64,000 nt of DNA, taken from contig OY761159.2 in assembly GCA_963664395.2 (NCBI GenBank), positions 3,808,001 through 3,872,000 of the forward strand, written 5' to 3'. Of this stretch, positions 51,338-62,489 are shown in pieces. Numbering within the stretch: position 1 is the stretch's first letter; each line of letters opens with the position of its first letter. The notes beneath the pieces are model-generated. The model worked only from the letters and a program-made list of their open reading frames with translations, did no database searches and was not told the DNA's origin. The position numbers were made by a program, and so were the translations under genes. Origin of the DNA: Candidatus Binatia bacterium. Lineage in GTDB: Bacteria > Desulfobacterota > Binatia > Bin18.

Positions 51338-51838
51338 ATGTCACTGATCAATAGCATTCCAGAGATGGTGGTCACAACCAAGCTTGATGAGGTCCTCAAT
51401 TGGACGCGTAAATCATCCGTATGGTACATGCTATTCGGCCTTGCGTGTTGTGCTATTGAGCTCATGCAAACCGGTGGCCCACGGGCGGATTTGGATCGTT
51501 TCGGGGCGGCTCCACGGGCCACCCCGCGCCAGTCTGACATGATGATTATTGCCGGGACGCTCACATTGAAGATGGCACTCCGGACTAAAGTCCTCTATGA
51601 TCAAATGCCTGACCCCAAATATGTGATTTCCATGGGGAGTTGTTCAAATTGTGGTGGGCTGTTTCAGTTAGCGTACTCAGTCTGTGATGGCGTCGATAAA
51701 GTGATTCCCGTTGACGTCTATGTTCCTGGATGTCCGCCCCGTCCCGAAGCCCTGACAGAGGGTCTGCTCAAACTCCAAGAAAAGATGATGCAGGAGCGAT
51801 GGCTGGTGAAGGGCTCTTCTGCGCAAGCTGCGGCATAA
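51338..51838 (+). CDS. nuoB: Complex I subunit B
   Basis: [13 protein letters not shown] and PGCPPRPE motifs. Confidence 0.96.
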   Translation: MSLINSIPEMVVTTKLDEVLNWTRKSSVWYMLFGLACCAIELMQTGGPRADLDRFGAAPRATPRQSDMMIIAGTLTLKMALRTKVLYDQMPDPKYVISMGSCSNCGGLFQLAYSVCDGVDKVIPVDVYVPGCPPRPEALTEGLLKLQEKMMQERWLVKGSSAQAAA

Positions 51839-51892
51839 AAGAGCTTGTAGACAAGCGACACAACAGGAAGAGCACGGCATTGTGTGTGAGCT

Positions 51893-52387
51893 ATGAGTCC
51901 CACAGAGATACACCGGAAATTACAAGACCAGCATAACGACGCAATTGAATCCTTTGATGCTGACGCCCTTGATCCTTTCGTGCTTGTCAAGCCAGACCCT
52001 ATCGTTGAGGTTTGTCAATTTCTTCACGACGATCCAGATTTGGCCTTCGACTGTTTGACTAATATGTCTGGGGTTGACTTCTTAAAAGAGAGACATATTC
52101 AAGTTGTCCTCCATCTCTACTCCTATACTCATCGACATATGATAGTGGTCAAGGTCAATGTTTCGCGCGAAGAGCCCAGCATGCCTTCTGTGGAAACGGT
52201 CTGGAAGGCAGCCAATTGGCTGGAACGCGAGATCTATGACTTGCTTGGTGTCATTTTTACCGGACACTCGGACTTGAGACGTTTGTTAATGCCGGAAGAC
52301 TGGATTGGGCATCCGCTCCGCAAGGATTTTGTCGAGCCCGAAGAGTACCATGGAATCAGCACGCGTCGAGAGAGCTTGCTGAAATAA
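51893..52387 (+). CDS. nuoC: Complex I subunit C
   Basis: [11 protein letters not shown] and GHPLRKDF motifs. Confidence 0.96.
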   Translation: MSPTEIHRKLQDQHNDAIESFDADALDPFVLVKPDPIVEVCQFLHDDPDLAFDCLTNMSGVDFLKERHIQVVLHLYSYTHRHMIVVKVNVSREEPSMPSVETVWKAANWLEREIYDLLGVIFTGHSDLRRLLMPEDWIGHPLRKDFVEPEEYHGISTRRESLLK

Positions 52388-52462
52388 GTACACGCCCGTG
52401 TTCCACCCCACCCTCGTCTTTTCTATAGCCCCTTTTATTCAAACCCAAAGCGGGAGAAGCGT

Positions 52463-53617
52463 ATGAGCCTGGCAGGGTATGAGTTCGAAGTCCAACGTGA
52501 CGATGGTTTAGCAACGGAAGAAATGACTCTGAATATGGGCCCCCAACATCCGAGTACGCATGGTGTGTTGCGTTTTGTGGTCAAGGCTGATGGTGAAATC
52601 ATGCGTACGGCGCTCCCCGATGTTGGCTACCTGCATCGCTCCATAGAAAAGATATCCGAGAAGGTCGGCTATCACGGCTTCATGCCCTATACGGATCGAG
52701 TCGACTATGTATCGGCCATGCAGTGTAACCAAGGCTGGGCCATGGTCTGCGAGCGGGCTGCTGGGATTGAAGTTCCTCGGCGGGGGGAGTTTTGCAGAGT
52801 GATCGCTTGCGAGTTGGGCCGGATCGCCAGTCACCTGCTCTCGGTTGGTACCATGGTTATGGATATCGGTGGGATGACACCATTTACGCACGCGCTTCGG
52901 GAGCGGGAGAAGGTTAACAACCTGCTTGAAGATCTGTGCGGGGCGCGTTTGACCTTCAACTATATGCGCATTGGTGGCGTAGCCTGGGATTTGCCACCAG
53001 ACTACGAAGAACAAGTGACTGCATTCCTGGATCAATTTGAATCCTTCATCGCCGAATACAATGACCTGATCTCCTACAATAAGATCTATATCGAACGCTT
53101 AGCCAATGTTGCTGCGGTCAGTAAAGAAGAGGCGATTAACTACAACTTGGTTGGACCAAATCTGCGTGGCTGCGGTTTTCAGTATGATGTGCGCCGGGAT
53201 GAGCCATATTCGATTTACCCAGAGTTAGACTTTGATGTACCAGTTGGGACTGGAGAATTCGGCACCCTTGGCGATTGCTTTGACCGCTACATGGTGCGGA
53301 TTAAAGAGCTAAAAGAATCGTGTAAAATGGTCCGCCAATGCTTGAATATGATTCCTGAAGGGCCGGTCTTGGCGAAAGTTGCAAAGAAACTTAAACCGCC
53401 TGTTGGCGATGCTCACGTCCGTGTCGAAGCCTCTCGGGGGGATATGGGCTGGTATGTGGTCAGTGATGGGAGTGAGTTTCCCTACCGAACAAAAATTAGG
53501 ACCGGGTCGTTTTCAGCGATGGGTATTGTGGAGAAGCTCAGTCGCGGCCTTATGCTTGCTGACTTGATTGCGCTGATTGCCAGTCTTGATGTGGTGGCCC
53601 CTGAAGTTGACCGTTAA
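52463..53617 (+). CDS. nuoD: Complex I subunit D
   Basis: [22 protein letters not shown] and terminal EVDR motifs. Confidence 0.96.
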   Translation: MSLAGYEFEVQRDDGLATEEMTLNMGPQHPSTHGVLRFVVKADGEIMRTALPDVGYLHRSIEKISEKVGYHGFMPYTDRVDYVSAMQCNQGWAMVCERAAGIEVPRRGEFCRVIACELGRIASHLLSVGTMVMDIGGMTPFTHALREREKVNNLLEDLCGARLTFNYMRIGGVAWDLPPDYEEQVTAFLDQFESFIAEYNDLISYNKIYIERLANVAAVSKEEAINYNLVGPNLRGCGFQYDVRRDEPYSIYPELDFDVPVGTGEFGTLGDCFDRYMVRIKELKESCKMVRQCLNMIPEGPVLAKVAKKLKPPVGDAHVRVEASRGDMGWYVVSDGSEFPYRTKIRTGSFSAMGIVEKLSRGLMLADLIALIASLDVVAPEVDR

Positions 53618-53644
53618 AGGGAAATAGGGTACGAGTGCGGCGCT

Positions 53645-54835
53645 ATGCAGAGCTTTATTGACGGCTTAATTGCCAGTGGAGCGTTTGGCGGGCTACCTGC
53701 GGAGGCAGTCTACCCCGCCATTATGTTTCTTTTTGCCTCCCTCGTTGTCTTCGGCTTTGTTTTACCCCTTGTGACCATCACTGTTTGGCTTGAGCGGCGG
53801 GTTTGGGCGCGCATCCAGTCGCGCGTTGGGCCAAATCGCGTTGGGCCACAAGGCGTTCTGCAAGGGCTGGCTGACGGGGTGAAAAATATCCTGAAAGAAG
53901 ATGTGGTTCCTGATGCTGCAGATCGTCCGCTGTTTATGTTTGCGCCCTATCTGCTGGTCTGGGGATTTTTGGCTACATTTGTCGTTATTCCGTTCAGCAG
54001 CGCGCTCATTATTGCTGACCTCAATGTGGGTATTCTCTATATCACGGCGATCGTTGCGCTCTCCGCCGTTGGTGTCCTCATGGCGGGCTGGGCATCAAAT
54101 AATAAATGGTCCCTGCTGGGCGGCATTCGATCTGCCGCCCAGGTCGTGAGTTATGAAATTCCTGCTGGGCTGGCGTTGCTACCCGTTGTGCTTCTGACTG
54201 GAACACTGAGCACGCAAGGCATTATTCAAGCGCAGGGCTGGGCCCCCTGGGACTGGTTCATGTTCCATAGCCCGTTTACGTTCATTGCCGCCTGTGCTTT
54301 CTACATTTCAGCTCTTGCGGAAACCAATCGTACGCCTTTTGACATTCCGGAGGCGGAATCGGAATTGGTGGCTGGATTTGCGACCGAGTACAGCGGTTTC
54401 CGGTTTGCTCTATTCTTTTTGGCAGAGTGGGGAAGCTTGTACGTGACGGGTGCCATCATGACCGTATTATTCTTAGGTGGATGGCAGATCCCGACCGGAT
54501 GGACACATAATACGGTTGTGTTGAACATCGCGCAGTTGGCGGTCTTTTTCCTCAAGGCATATTTCTGGGTCTTCCTCGCCATGTGGATACGCGGCACACT
54601 GCCTCGTATCCGGGTGGATCAGATGATGTCGTTGTGTTGGAAGTATTTAGTGCCGCTTGGATTTGTGAATTTGATTGGCACAGCGGTGTGGATGGTGATA
54701 TGGCCTGAGGGAAACCCGTTGGTACCGTATCTCATGGTTGTCGGTACGCTTGTTGTTGGTGTCATTTTCTTACGGCGAGTCCTGTATCATTTACGTCGGG
54801 CTAAGCCGGAACTCTATTTTAATCCAGCAATCTAA
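53645..54835 (+). CDS. nuoH: Complex I subunit H
   Basis: RVGPNRVGP and ETNRTPFDIPEAESELVAG motifs. Confidence 0.97.
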   Translation: MQSFIDGLIASGAFGGLPAEAVYPAIMFLFASLVVFGFVLPLVTITVWLERRVWARIQSRVGPNRVGPQGVLQGLADGVKNILKEDVVPDAADRPLFMFAPYLLVWGFLATFVVIPFSSALIIADLNVGILYITAIVALSAVGVLMAGWASNNKWSLLGGIRSAAQVVSYEIPAGLALLPVVLLTGTLSTQGIIQAQGWAPWDWFMFHSPFTFIAACAFYISALAETNRTPFDIPEAESELVAGFATEYSGFRFALFFLAEWGSLYVTGAIMTVLFLGGWQIPTGWTHNTVVLNIAQLAVFFLKAYFWVFLAMWIRGTLPRIRVDQMMSLCWKYLVPLGFVNLIGTAVWMVIWPEGNPLVPYLMVVGTLVVGVIFLRRVLYHLRRAKPELYFNPAI

Positions 54836-54858
54836 AGCAACTACTAAAGGAACTCTCC

Positions 54859-55440
54859 ATGGCGAATGGTATTGGCCAATATCTGAAGCATGCCAAAGAT
54901 GCGGTTGCCACGATTTTCGAAGGGATGAGTGTAACCATGTCCCACTTCGTGCGCAAGCCATATACTATTCAGTACCCTGACCGGATCGCGGTACGAGTCC
55001 AAGATACGCTTCCCCTGCGCTATCGAGGCATTCTTGAAGTTGACTTAGAGATTTGTACTGGCTGTTTGGCGTGCGAGCGGGCGTGTCCGATTGACTGTAT
55101 TGTTATTGATGCGCCAAAAGACAAGGAGACCCGGGTGATGCTCCTGAGCCGCTTTGACATAGACATTGCCAAATGCATGTACTGTGGTCTCTGCAGTGAG
55201 GTATGTCCCACCGGCTCGATCCATCATACGACCGAGTTTGAGGGGGCGGATTACTCACTGGAGAGTATGATCCGCCGTTTCGTGAAGGACCCTATATTGG
55301 CCTATAAGGCGAAGAAAGGGGAGGAGACTGATCCTCTGATTGCCCCGGTCTTAGACCGAGGCATGGAATTCCTTGCGGAATGGGCAGAGCCTGTTGATAT
55401 GAAGAAATATAAAAAAGGGCAAGAAGAGGCTGCCTCATAA
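54859..55440 (+). CDS. nuoI: Complex I subunit I
   Basis: CTGCLACERACP and CMYCGLCSEVCP motifs. Confidence 0.96.
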   Translation: MANGIGQYLKHAKDAVATIFEGMSVTMSHFVRKPYTIQYPDRIAVRVQDTLPLRYRGILEVDLEICTGCLACERACPIDCIVIDAPKDKETRVMLLSRFDIDIAKCMYCGLCSEVCPTGSIHHTTEFEGADYSLESMIRRFVKDPILAYKAKKGEETDPLIAPVLDRGMEFLAEWAEPVDMKKYKKGQEEAAS

Positions 55441-55463
55441 GTCGCAGGTGAGGAGATATAGGA

Positions 55464-55979
55464 ATGCCTTTGGAAGCGTTTATTTTCTATCTTCTGGCTG
55501 CCTTGACCATAGGGTCGGCGCTCATCGTAGCTCTCTCACACAACTTGGTGCACTCTGCCTTCGCTCTGTTGGGAACATTTATGGGAGTGGCTGGCTTGTA
55601 CGCTATGTTAGCCGCTGACTTTGTCGCGGTTATTCAGGTCATGCTCTACATTGGCGGCATTCTTGTACTCATCCTTTTTGCGGTGATGCTGACCCATCGT
55701 ATCGCTGACGTAGAGGTCTCGAATCGGACGGTCGGACGTATTCCCGCCGCGTTGCTTCTCGGTGTTGTCGGGACAGTCATGGGGGTCTGCATTGGGGAGG
55801 CTGAATGGGTACAGCATGCTGACCCTGCTGCCGAGCCTACGACGTTCGGTATTGGCCAGGCATTTCTTGGGCCGTATATCTTGCCGTTCGAGCTCGCTTC
55901 AGTCGTATTGCTCGTTGCGTTGATTGGGGCGGTTGTGGTGTCACGGAAGGAGCTGCGTGGGCCCATGGTTGACGGATGA
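55464..55979 (+). CDS. nuoJ: Complex I subunit J
   Basis: QVMLYIGGI and PFELASVVLLVALIGA motifs. Confidence 0.95.
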   Translation: MPLEAFIFYLLAALTIGSALIVALSHNLVHSAFALLGTFMGVAGLYAMLAADFVAVIQVMLYIGGILVLILFAVMLTHRIADVEVSNRTVGRIPAALLLGVVGTVMGVCIGEAEWVQHADPAAEPTTFGIGQAFLGPYILPFELASVVLLVALIGAVVVSRKELRGPMVDG

Positions 55980-56067
55980 TTGCCTGGTCAAGTACAGGCG
56001 ATCTCTCGACGGCCTCCCTTGATTTTTTTCCTACTCCCATTTAAGACGGGACAACCTCACTCTACGA

Positions 56068-56397
56068 ATGATTATGGATGGACTACTGCTCGATATAGGG
56101 CTACGGCACTTTCTGTTTGTCAGTCTTATTATTTTTGTGCTTGGCCTCTATTGTGTCCTGACCAGGAAGAACGCCATTGGAATTCTTTTGGGTGTGGAGT
56201 TGATTCTGAACTCCGCAAACATTAACTATATTGCCTTTTCACACTTTTCTTCCGGCAATTACGATGGCCAGGTGTTTGCGATCTTCGTGATTATGCTGGC
56301 TGCTGCCGAAGCGGTTATTGGCCTGGCTATCGTGCTTGGGATATACCAGAACTTTTCGTCGATCGACATTGAAGCAATCGATAGCTTGCAAGGCTAG
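56068..56397 (+). CDS. nuoK: Complex I subunit K
   Basis: ELILNSAN and AAAEAVIGLA motifs. Confidence 0.95.
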   Translation: MIMDGLLLDIGLRHFLFVSLIIFVLGLYCVLTRKNAIGILLGVELILNSANINYIAFSHFSSGNYDGQVFAIFVIMLAAAEAVIGLAIVLGIYQNFSSIDIEAIDSLQG

Positions 56398-56400
56398 TCT

Positions 56401-58581
56401 ATGGATCACCCGCTTCTCGTGTCCTATCTGCGCTGGATCGTCCTCTTCCCCCTTTTAGGCGCCGTTATCAATGGTATTGTCGGTGCGAAGATCCAGGAGC
56501 GTTTTGGGAAGAACGGGATCAGTATCGTTGCCTGCTCTGCTGTTGGTCTTGCCTTTCTCTTTGCGCTGTGTGCCTTCTTTCAGCTCGCCAGCGTAGAACC
56601 TGAAGAGCGCTATCTTCTCGATACGCTCCTGCGTTGGATACATATCGGCTCGCTTCAGGTCGATATTGCGTTCGCTGTTGATCCCCTGTCCAGCATGATG
56701 GTCCTGATCGTCACCGGCATTGGCGGCCTGATTCATCTGTATTCGATCGGCTATATGCATGACGACGAAGCGTACTGGCGTTTTTTCGCCTATCTCAATC
56801 TTTTTACTGCGGCAATGCTGACCCTGGTGCTAGCCGATAACCTGTTGCTGATGTTTGTGGGCTGGGAAGGCGTTGGACTGTGCTCATATGGACTGATTGG
56901 ATTTTGGTATAAAGAGCATGCGAACACCACTGCTGGAAACAAAGCCTTTATTGTCAACCGGATTGGTGACGCAGGTTTTACGCTGGGTATTTTTATTATT
57001 TTCTGGAGTCTCTTTGAAGCGGGACACGGGACTACGGCGGTCTTTCGTGACCTGAGTCATCTTATTCATCATCTGGAAGGTCAGATGGTCTGGGGTGTCC
57101 CTGCGGCGACGCTAGCGGCGCTGTGTCTTTTTGTCGGGGCGACTGGGAAATCTGCCCAAATTCCGCTCTATGTCTGGTTGCCTGATGCTATGGCTGGACC
57201 GACTCCTGTGAGTGCCTTGATCCATGCGGCGACCATGGTGACTGCCGGCGTGTATATGATGGCTCGGATGCACTTTCTCTTTTCCATGTCGCCGGTTGCG
57301 CTCGGCGTGGTGGCGACGGTTGGGGCCCTCACCGCGCTGGTTGCGGCAACCATTGGCCTCGCCCAGTTTGATATTAAGAAAGTGCTCGCGTATTCAACTG
57401 TCAGTCAGCTCGGTTATATGGTACTTGGCGTCGGTGTTGGCGCGTATGGCGCCGCTGTTTTTCATCTGATGACGCATGCCTTTTTTAAAGCCTGCCTGTT
57501 TCTTGGATCGGGAAGCGTCATTCACGCCATGGGTGATGAGCAGGATATGCGCAAGATGGGCGGTCTCAGAGAGAAAATGCCGCTCACCTTTTGGACATTC
57601 TTGATCTCAACTATCGCTATTGCAGGTATCCCGCCACTGGCCGGATTTTTCTCAAAAGACGAAATTCTGTGGCTGACGTTTTCGGGTGGACATCCGCTCC
57701 TGTGGTTGATCGGATTTGCTGCTGCCGGGATGACCGCGTTCTATATGTTTCGTCAGGTCTTCATGGTGTTTTTTGGAGAGAATCGTGCGGATGAGCACAC
57801 CAAAGAGCATTTGCATGAGTCTCCTCCAGTGATGACCTCCCCCTTGATTATTCTGGCCGTGGGTGCGGTCTTTGCCGGTTTTCTTGGGGTGCCCCCAGCC
57901 CTCGGCGGGAGTAATATCTTGGAACACTGGTTGGCGCCCGTCTTTGCCGCTGGTCATGGCGGCGGCCATACTGCCCATCAGGTTGAAGCGATTGAGTATG
58001 TTCTTATGGCGGCCTCCGTTGGGATTGCCGCGGTCGGTATATTCCTCGCCTATCTGATTTACTATCGGCAGTCCGTATCCGCCGACACGTTTACTACGGT
58101 CGGAGGCGGTATACCGTATCAAGCCGTGTTCAACAAATACTATATTGACGAACTCTACCATGCGACGGCCGTCCGAGGGACGCTGGCTGTCAGCTGGTTG
58201 TGTTCCGCCTTTGACCGTCATGTCATAGATTTTATCGTAAATGGCGTTGCCAAGCTAACCGGCCTAGTGGGCTGGGCGGTTGGCCGGTTCGACCACTACG
58301 TCATTGATGGGCTGGTGAACGGACTGGCCGATGTCATTTTTGGTATCGGCAATCGGTTGCGTCAAATCCAGACTGGCAACCTCAGTATTTATCTGTATGT
58401 CATTGTTGGTACGATTGCCGTCTCCCAATTCTTACCGCGTATAGGAGCAGACGTATTATTTCCTGTCGTTATTGTGTTTCTCTCCCTGGTGGTCGTGGTT
58501 GGAATAGCGCTGTGGTTCTCCACCAGACGAATCCCGTGGCGTCTGATGTTTACAAAAGAGGGAGTCTCGGAACTCCGGTGA
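56401..58581 (+). CDS. nuoL: Complex I subunit L with extended C-terminus
   Basis: GWEGVG and GKSAQIPLYVWLPDAMAGPTPVSALIHAATMV motifs. Confidence 0.97.
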   Translation: MDHPLLVSYLRWIVLFPLLGAVINGIVGAKIQERFGKNGISIVACSAVGLAFLFALCAFFQLASVEPEERYLLDTLLRWIHIGSLQVDIAFAVDPLSSMMVLIVTGIGGLIHLYSIGYMHDDEAYWRFFAYLNLFTAAMLTLVLADNLLLMFVGWEGVGLCSYGLIGFWYKEHANTTAGNKAFIVNRIGDAGFTLGIFIIFWSLFEAGHGTTAVFRDLSHLIHHLEGQMVWGVPAATLAALCLFVGATGKSAQIPLYVWLPDAMAGPTPVSALIHAATMVTAGVYMMARMHFLFSMSPVALGVVATVGALTALVAATIGLAQFDIKKVLAYSTVSQLGYMVLGVGVGAYGAAVFHLMTHAFFKACLFLGSGSVIHAMGDEQDMRKMGGLREKMPLTFWTFLISTIAIAGIPPLAGFFSKDEILWLTFSGGHPLLWLIGFAAAGMTAFYMFRQVFMVFFGENRADEHTKEHLHESPPVMTSPLIILAVGAVFAGFLGVPPALGGSNILEHWLAPVFAAGHGGGHTAHQVEAIEYVLMAASVGIAAVGIFLAYLIYYRQSVSADTFTTVGGGIPYQAVFNKYYIDELYHATAVRGTLAVSWLCSAFDRHVIDFIVNGVAKLTGLVGWAVGRFDHYVIDGLVNGLADVIFGIGNRLRQIQTGNLSIYLYVIVGTIAVSQFLPRIGADVLFPVVIVFLSLVVVVGIALWFSTRRIPWRLMFTKEGVSELR

Positions 58582-58631
58582 ACCAGACTTTTTATCAAGC
58601 CCATTGTGTGGATGTGCGGTAAGGAGCTGCT

Positions 58632-60203
58632 GTGGAGTCCTCTATTCTTACCTTAATGATTTTCTTTCCCCTGGCGGGTATGGTCACCGTCTTCTGCCTG
58701 CCGAGCCAAGCGAAAGATTTAATCAGGTGGACTGCTTTTGCCTTTACCCTGCCAGCATTCTTTTTGGGAATCTGGCTCTACCAGAACTTTGATACCACGA
58801 CCACAGCGCTTCAGTTTGTGGTGAATGTCCCGTGGATTGAATCATTTAATATCCGCTACTTTGTTGGCGTCGATGGAGTCAGCATATCCATGATTTTGCT
58901 GACCGCCGTTCTGTGCCCTATCTGCATTCTTGCTTCGTGGAATATTGAGCGGGCCGAGAAGGGCTATTTCGCCTTGTTCCTGCTGTTGGATACGGCCATG
59001 ACGGGTGTTTTTTGCGCCATGGACTTCTTCCTGTTTTTTATCTTCTGGGAGTTGATGCTGCTGCCGATGTATTTCCTGATTGGCATATGGGGTGGGCCGC
59101 GGCGTGAATATGCCGCCATCAAATTTTTTCTGTATACCATGTTCGGCAGTGCGCTGATGTTGGTGTGTATGCTGGTCTTCTACTTTCAGGCTGGGGCTGT
59201 CGAAGGCGTCGGCTACACTTTTGATCTGACTCAGCTCCCCGCCGTGGCGCAGCACTTTCAGGCCGAGCCGGTCTTGTTTGGCTTCTCTTTGCCAGAGATC
59301 ATGTGGCTTGCGCTCTTTATTAACTTTGCCGTAAAAATCCCAGCCTTCCCCTTCCATACGTGGTTGCCTGACGCGCACGTCGAAGCGCCAACCGCGATCT
59401 CTGTCATTCTGGCGGGCGTGCTGCTGAAAATGGGAACATATGGGATTTTGCGCGTCAATTATCCCCTGCTCCCGGCAGAAACCTTCTTTTTTGCGCCGTA
59501 CTTTTTGGCGGCCTTAGGCGCCTGGAACATCGTCTATGGGGCCTTCTGCGCCTTAGCCCAGTGTTTTACCGAGCCCAAGGATCTGAAAAAGCTCGTGGCC
59601 TATTCCAGTATCAGCCACATGGGGTATGTCATGTTGGGTATGGCATCGTTTACTCCACAAGGGATCAATGGTGCGGTCTTACAGATGTTCAATCACGGCA
59701 CGATTACTGCCATGCTCTTCCTCATTGTCGGAGTAATCTATGATCGGGCCCACCACCGCCGCATTGACGGGTTTGGCGGCTTAGCTTCTGTCATGCCGGT
59801 CTATACCGGCGTGATGGGCCTCGCTTTCTTTGCCGCCATGGGACTCCCTGGTTTGTCGGCCTTTATTTCTGAGGTCCTGTGTCTACTCGGCGCATGGCAT
59901 ACGCATAAAATCCCCACCTTACTTGGCGCTCTTACCGTAATTATCACAGCGAGTTATCTACTCTGGACAATCCAACAAATGTTTCTCGGAAAACCACGTG
60001 ATGAGTACGCCGAGATGCATCTTTCGGAAATCAATACGAGAGAACTGTGTATGTTAGTCCCGCTTGGGGTTATTGTTGTGGTCCTGGGATTTTATCCGCA
60101 TGCCGTTCTGGACCTTATCGACGTCTCGCTCCAGGGGCTCAACGAGGTCGTGCTGTCTGCAAGTGCAAGCAGTCATGATGCAGCGGCAGTTGCTCTTCGC
60201 TAG
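58632..60203 (+). CDS. nuoM: Complex I subunit M
   Basis: FWELML, PFHTWLPDAHVEAPT and AYSSISHMG motifs. Confidence 0.97.
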   Translation: MESSILTLMIFFPLAGMVTVFCLPSQAKDLIRWTAFAFTLPAFFLGIWLYQNFDTTTTALQFVVNVPWIESFNIRYFVGVDGVSISMILLTAVLCPICILASWNIERAEKGYFALFLLLDTAMTGVFCAMDFFLFFIFWELMLLPMYFLIGIWGGPRREYAAIKFFLYTMFGSALMLVCMLVFYFQAGAVEGVGYTFDLTQLPAVAQHFQAEPVLFGFSLPEIMWLALFINFAVKIPAFPFHTWLPDAHVEAPTAISVILAGVLLKMGTYGILRVNYPLLPAETFFFAPYFLAALGAWNIVYGAFCALAQCFTEPKDLKKLVAYSSISHMGYVMLGMASFTPQGINGAVLQMFNHGTITAMLFLIVGVIYDRAHHRRIDGFGGLASVMPVYTGVMGLAFFAAMGLPGLSAFISEVLCLLGAWHTHKIPTLLGALTVIITASYLLWTIQQMFLGKPRDEYAEMHLSEINTRELCMLVPLGVIVVVLGFYPHAVLDLIDVSLQGLNEVVLSASASSHDAAAVALR

Positions 60204-60230
60204 TGTATTGAACGAGATGGAAAGAGTGCC

Positions 60231-61745
60231 ATGAACCTCGGCAGTATTGAAAGCCTGGTATATTTCTACCCTGAAGGGACTCTCGTTCTCTCTATTCTGA
60301 CGGTTTTTATTGTAGACCTCTTTGTGGAAGATAAGGAGCGGCTCGGCAACATTGCACTTGTTGGAGCCGCTCTGGCCTTAGTCTTTACTTCAGGTCTGTC
60401 CTTCTTTGGTGTCCGCTTTATCGAAGGATTGCAAGGAGCTGGGGAAGGGTGGCTGTTTCATCGCATGATTGCGCTGGACAGTTTTGCGATTTTCTTTAAG
60501 GTGATTCTTTCCTTGTCTGTGGTGGGAGCCATCTGGATGTCTCTTGGCTCAAAGGAGATCAAGGGGCCAAATCAGGGGGAATATTATGGAATTCTGTTGG
60601 CGAGCGGACTCGGCATGTTTTTTATGGCCTCGGCAACGAATCTGCTCCTGGCCTACCTTTCTTTGGAGTTCGTCAGTCTGACATCTTATGTCCTGACGGG
60701 GTATTTGACGCGAAATCGAAGATCTGGAGAAGCCGCGCTCAAATATTTAATTTACGGTGGTGTGGCATCCGGAACCATGATCTATGGCATGAGCTGGATA
60801 TTTGGTTTGACCGGAAGTTTGGATTACGCGGAGATTAATGTTGCTCTGCTGCAAAATGCTCCAGATCAACTTACGCTATTTATTGCCCTTGTCCTCATGT
60901 TGGCAGGGTTCGGCTATAAGATTGCTGCCGTTCCCTTCCATATGTGGGCTCCCGATGTCTACCACGGGGCGCCCATTCCCGTGACGGCTTTTCTTTCGGT
61001 AGGCTCAAAGGCAGCTGGCTTCGCTCTCCTCATGCGATTTTTCTATCCAGCGCTCTCTCAACGTGGAGACGCCGGTATGTGGCAATTCGTCCCCGGTGTC
61101 GAGTGGCCACAGCTTATGCTTATCGTTGCTATGGTGACAATGACTCTTGGGAACTTAGCAGCCCTCAACCAGCATAATGTGAAGCGTCTCTTAGCCTATT
61201 CCAGCATCGCTCACGCCGGCTACATTCTTATGGGGTTCGTTGTTCTCAGCGACGAAGGGCTGCGGGCCATGTTGTTCTACATCATCGTCTATTATTTGAT
61301 GAACCTTGGCGCGTTTATCGTCGTCATGGTTGTGGCGAATAATACTGACCGCGAAGATATCGAGGGCTTTCGTGGGCTTGCCTGGCGAGGTGGCGCCTTG
61401 CCTGCAGCAGCGATGGCAATTTTCCTCTTTTCGCTTACGGGCCTTCCTCCGTTTGCGGGCTTCATCGGAAAATTTTATCTCTTTGCCGCCGTGATCAAAG
61501 GACAATTCTATTGGCTTGCCGTGGTTGGGATATTGAATAGTGTTGTGTCCCTCTATTATTACGCTCGCATTGTAAAGACGATGTTCCTTGATGAGCCGTC
61601 TGATGCAGAGGGTGAAGTTGCTCTCGACCCACACAATGGATCTTTACTTGTGATCCTGAGCGTTGCGACTGTTGTCCTTGGAGTGTATTGGGCACCTGTC
61701 TTCGATTTTGCTGACCGTTCGACACACTTTTTCCTAGGCAGCTAG
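60231..61745 (+). CDS. nuoN: Complex I subunit N
   Basis: EAALKY, VPFHMWAPDVY and KRLLAYSSIAHAGY motifs. Confidence 0.97.
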   Translation: MNLGSIESLVYFYPEGTLVLSILTVFIVDLFVEDKERLGNIALVGAALALVFTSGLSFFGVRFIEGLQGAGEGWLFHRMIALDSFAIFFKVILSLSVVGAIWMSLGSKEIKGPNQGEYYGILLASGLGMFFMASATNLLLAYLSLEFVSLTSYVLTGYLTRNRRSGEAALKYLIYGGVASGTMIYGMSWIFGLTGSLDYAEINVALLQNAPDQLTLFIALVLMLAGFGYKIAAVPFHMWAPDVYHGAPIPVTAFLSVGSKAAGFALLMRFFYPALSQRGDAGMWQFVPGVEWPQLMLIVAMVTMTLGNLAALNQHNVKRLLAYSSIAHAGYILMGFVVLSDEGLRAMLFYIIVYYLMNLGAFIVVMVVANNTDREDIEGFRGLAWRGGALPAAAMAIFLFSLTGLPPFAGFIGKFYLFAAVIKGQFYWLAVVGILNSVVSLYYYARIVKTMFLDEPSDAEGEVALDPHNGSLLVILSVATVVLGVYWAPVFDFADRSTHFFLGS

Positions 61746-61863
61746 CGAGCGAGTATTCGTTAGGGTGGTAGAAGAACCTGAATTGTCCGGTGCTTGACAG
61801 CATGTTACGGTAGGAGAGCGAGAACATGACACAATTTTACGTTCAGCAGGAACTGAACCATGT

Positions 61864-61937
61864 CGGGGCGTAGCGCAGCCTGGTAGCGCACCTGCCTTGG
61901 GAGCAGGGGGTCGGCCGTTCAAATCGGCTCGCCCCGA
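61864..61937 (+). tRNA. tRNA-Pro(TGG)
   Basis: Cloverleaf; anticodon arm CCTGC-CTTGGGA-GCAGG. Confidence 0.96.
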
Positions 61938-61994
61938 TACGACGTTACGGTCAGGAGGAAAAACCCAATGCCCCTGACCGGCTAGGTCTTGAGG

Positions 61995-62068
<74 letters not shown>

Positions 62069-62071
62069 TAG

Positions 62072-62145
62072 GGTGGGTGTAGCTCAGTCGGTAGAGCACT
62101 GGGTTGTGGTCCCAGGAGTCGAGGGTTCAATCCCCTTCACCCACC
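62072..62145 (+). tRNA. tRNA-His(GTG)
   Basis: G-1/C73; anticodon arm CTGGG-TTGTGGT-CCCAG. Confidence 0.96.
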
Positions 62146-62237
62146 TCTTCCCTTCCCTCTATATCATGATTCTCTAGCTGACGAATGCTGCCGTGGCTCC
62201 AGTTGCCATGACCAAGAATAGTGGTTATGGTGCCCGT

Positions 62238-62310
<73 letters not shown>

Positions 62311-62340
62311 CCGCCCTTGGCTGGGGCATATGGGAGAGTG

Positions 62341-62425
62341 GCGAGAGTGGCGAAATTGGCAGACGCGCTAGACTTAGGATCTAGTCCGCTTGTAGCGGAT
62401 GGGGGTTCAAGTCCCCCCTCTCGCA
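62341..62425 (+). tRNA. tRNA-Leu(TAG)
   Basis: Anticodon arm CTAGA-CTTAGGA-TCTAG; long variable arm. Confidence 0.96.
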
Positions 62426-62489
62426 TTCACGTTTCATCCGAGCGGGATTGAGGGGTCCGTTTATATTCCGAAAATTAGGTAATTGCTGT

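Noticed and set aside
52463-53617. Group 4 [NiFe]-hydrogenase large subunit
   Set aside because: It lacks the N- and C-terminal CxxC Ni-binding motifs and has the NuoD quinone-site His/Tyr motifs.
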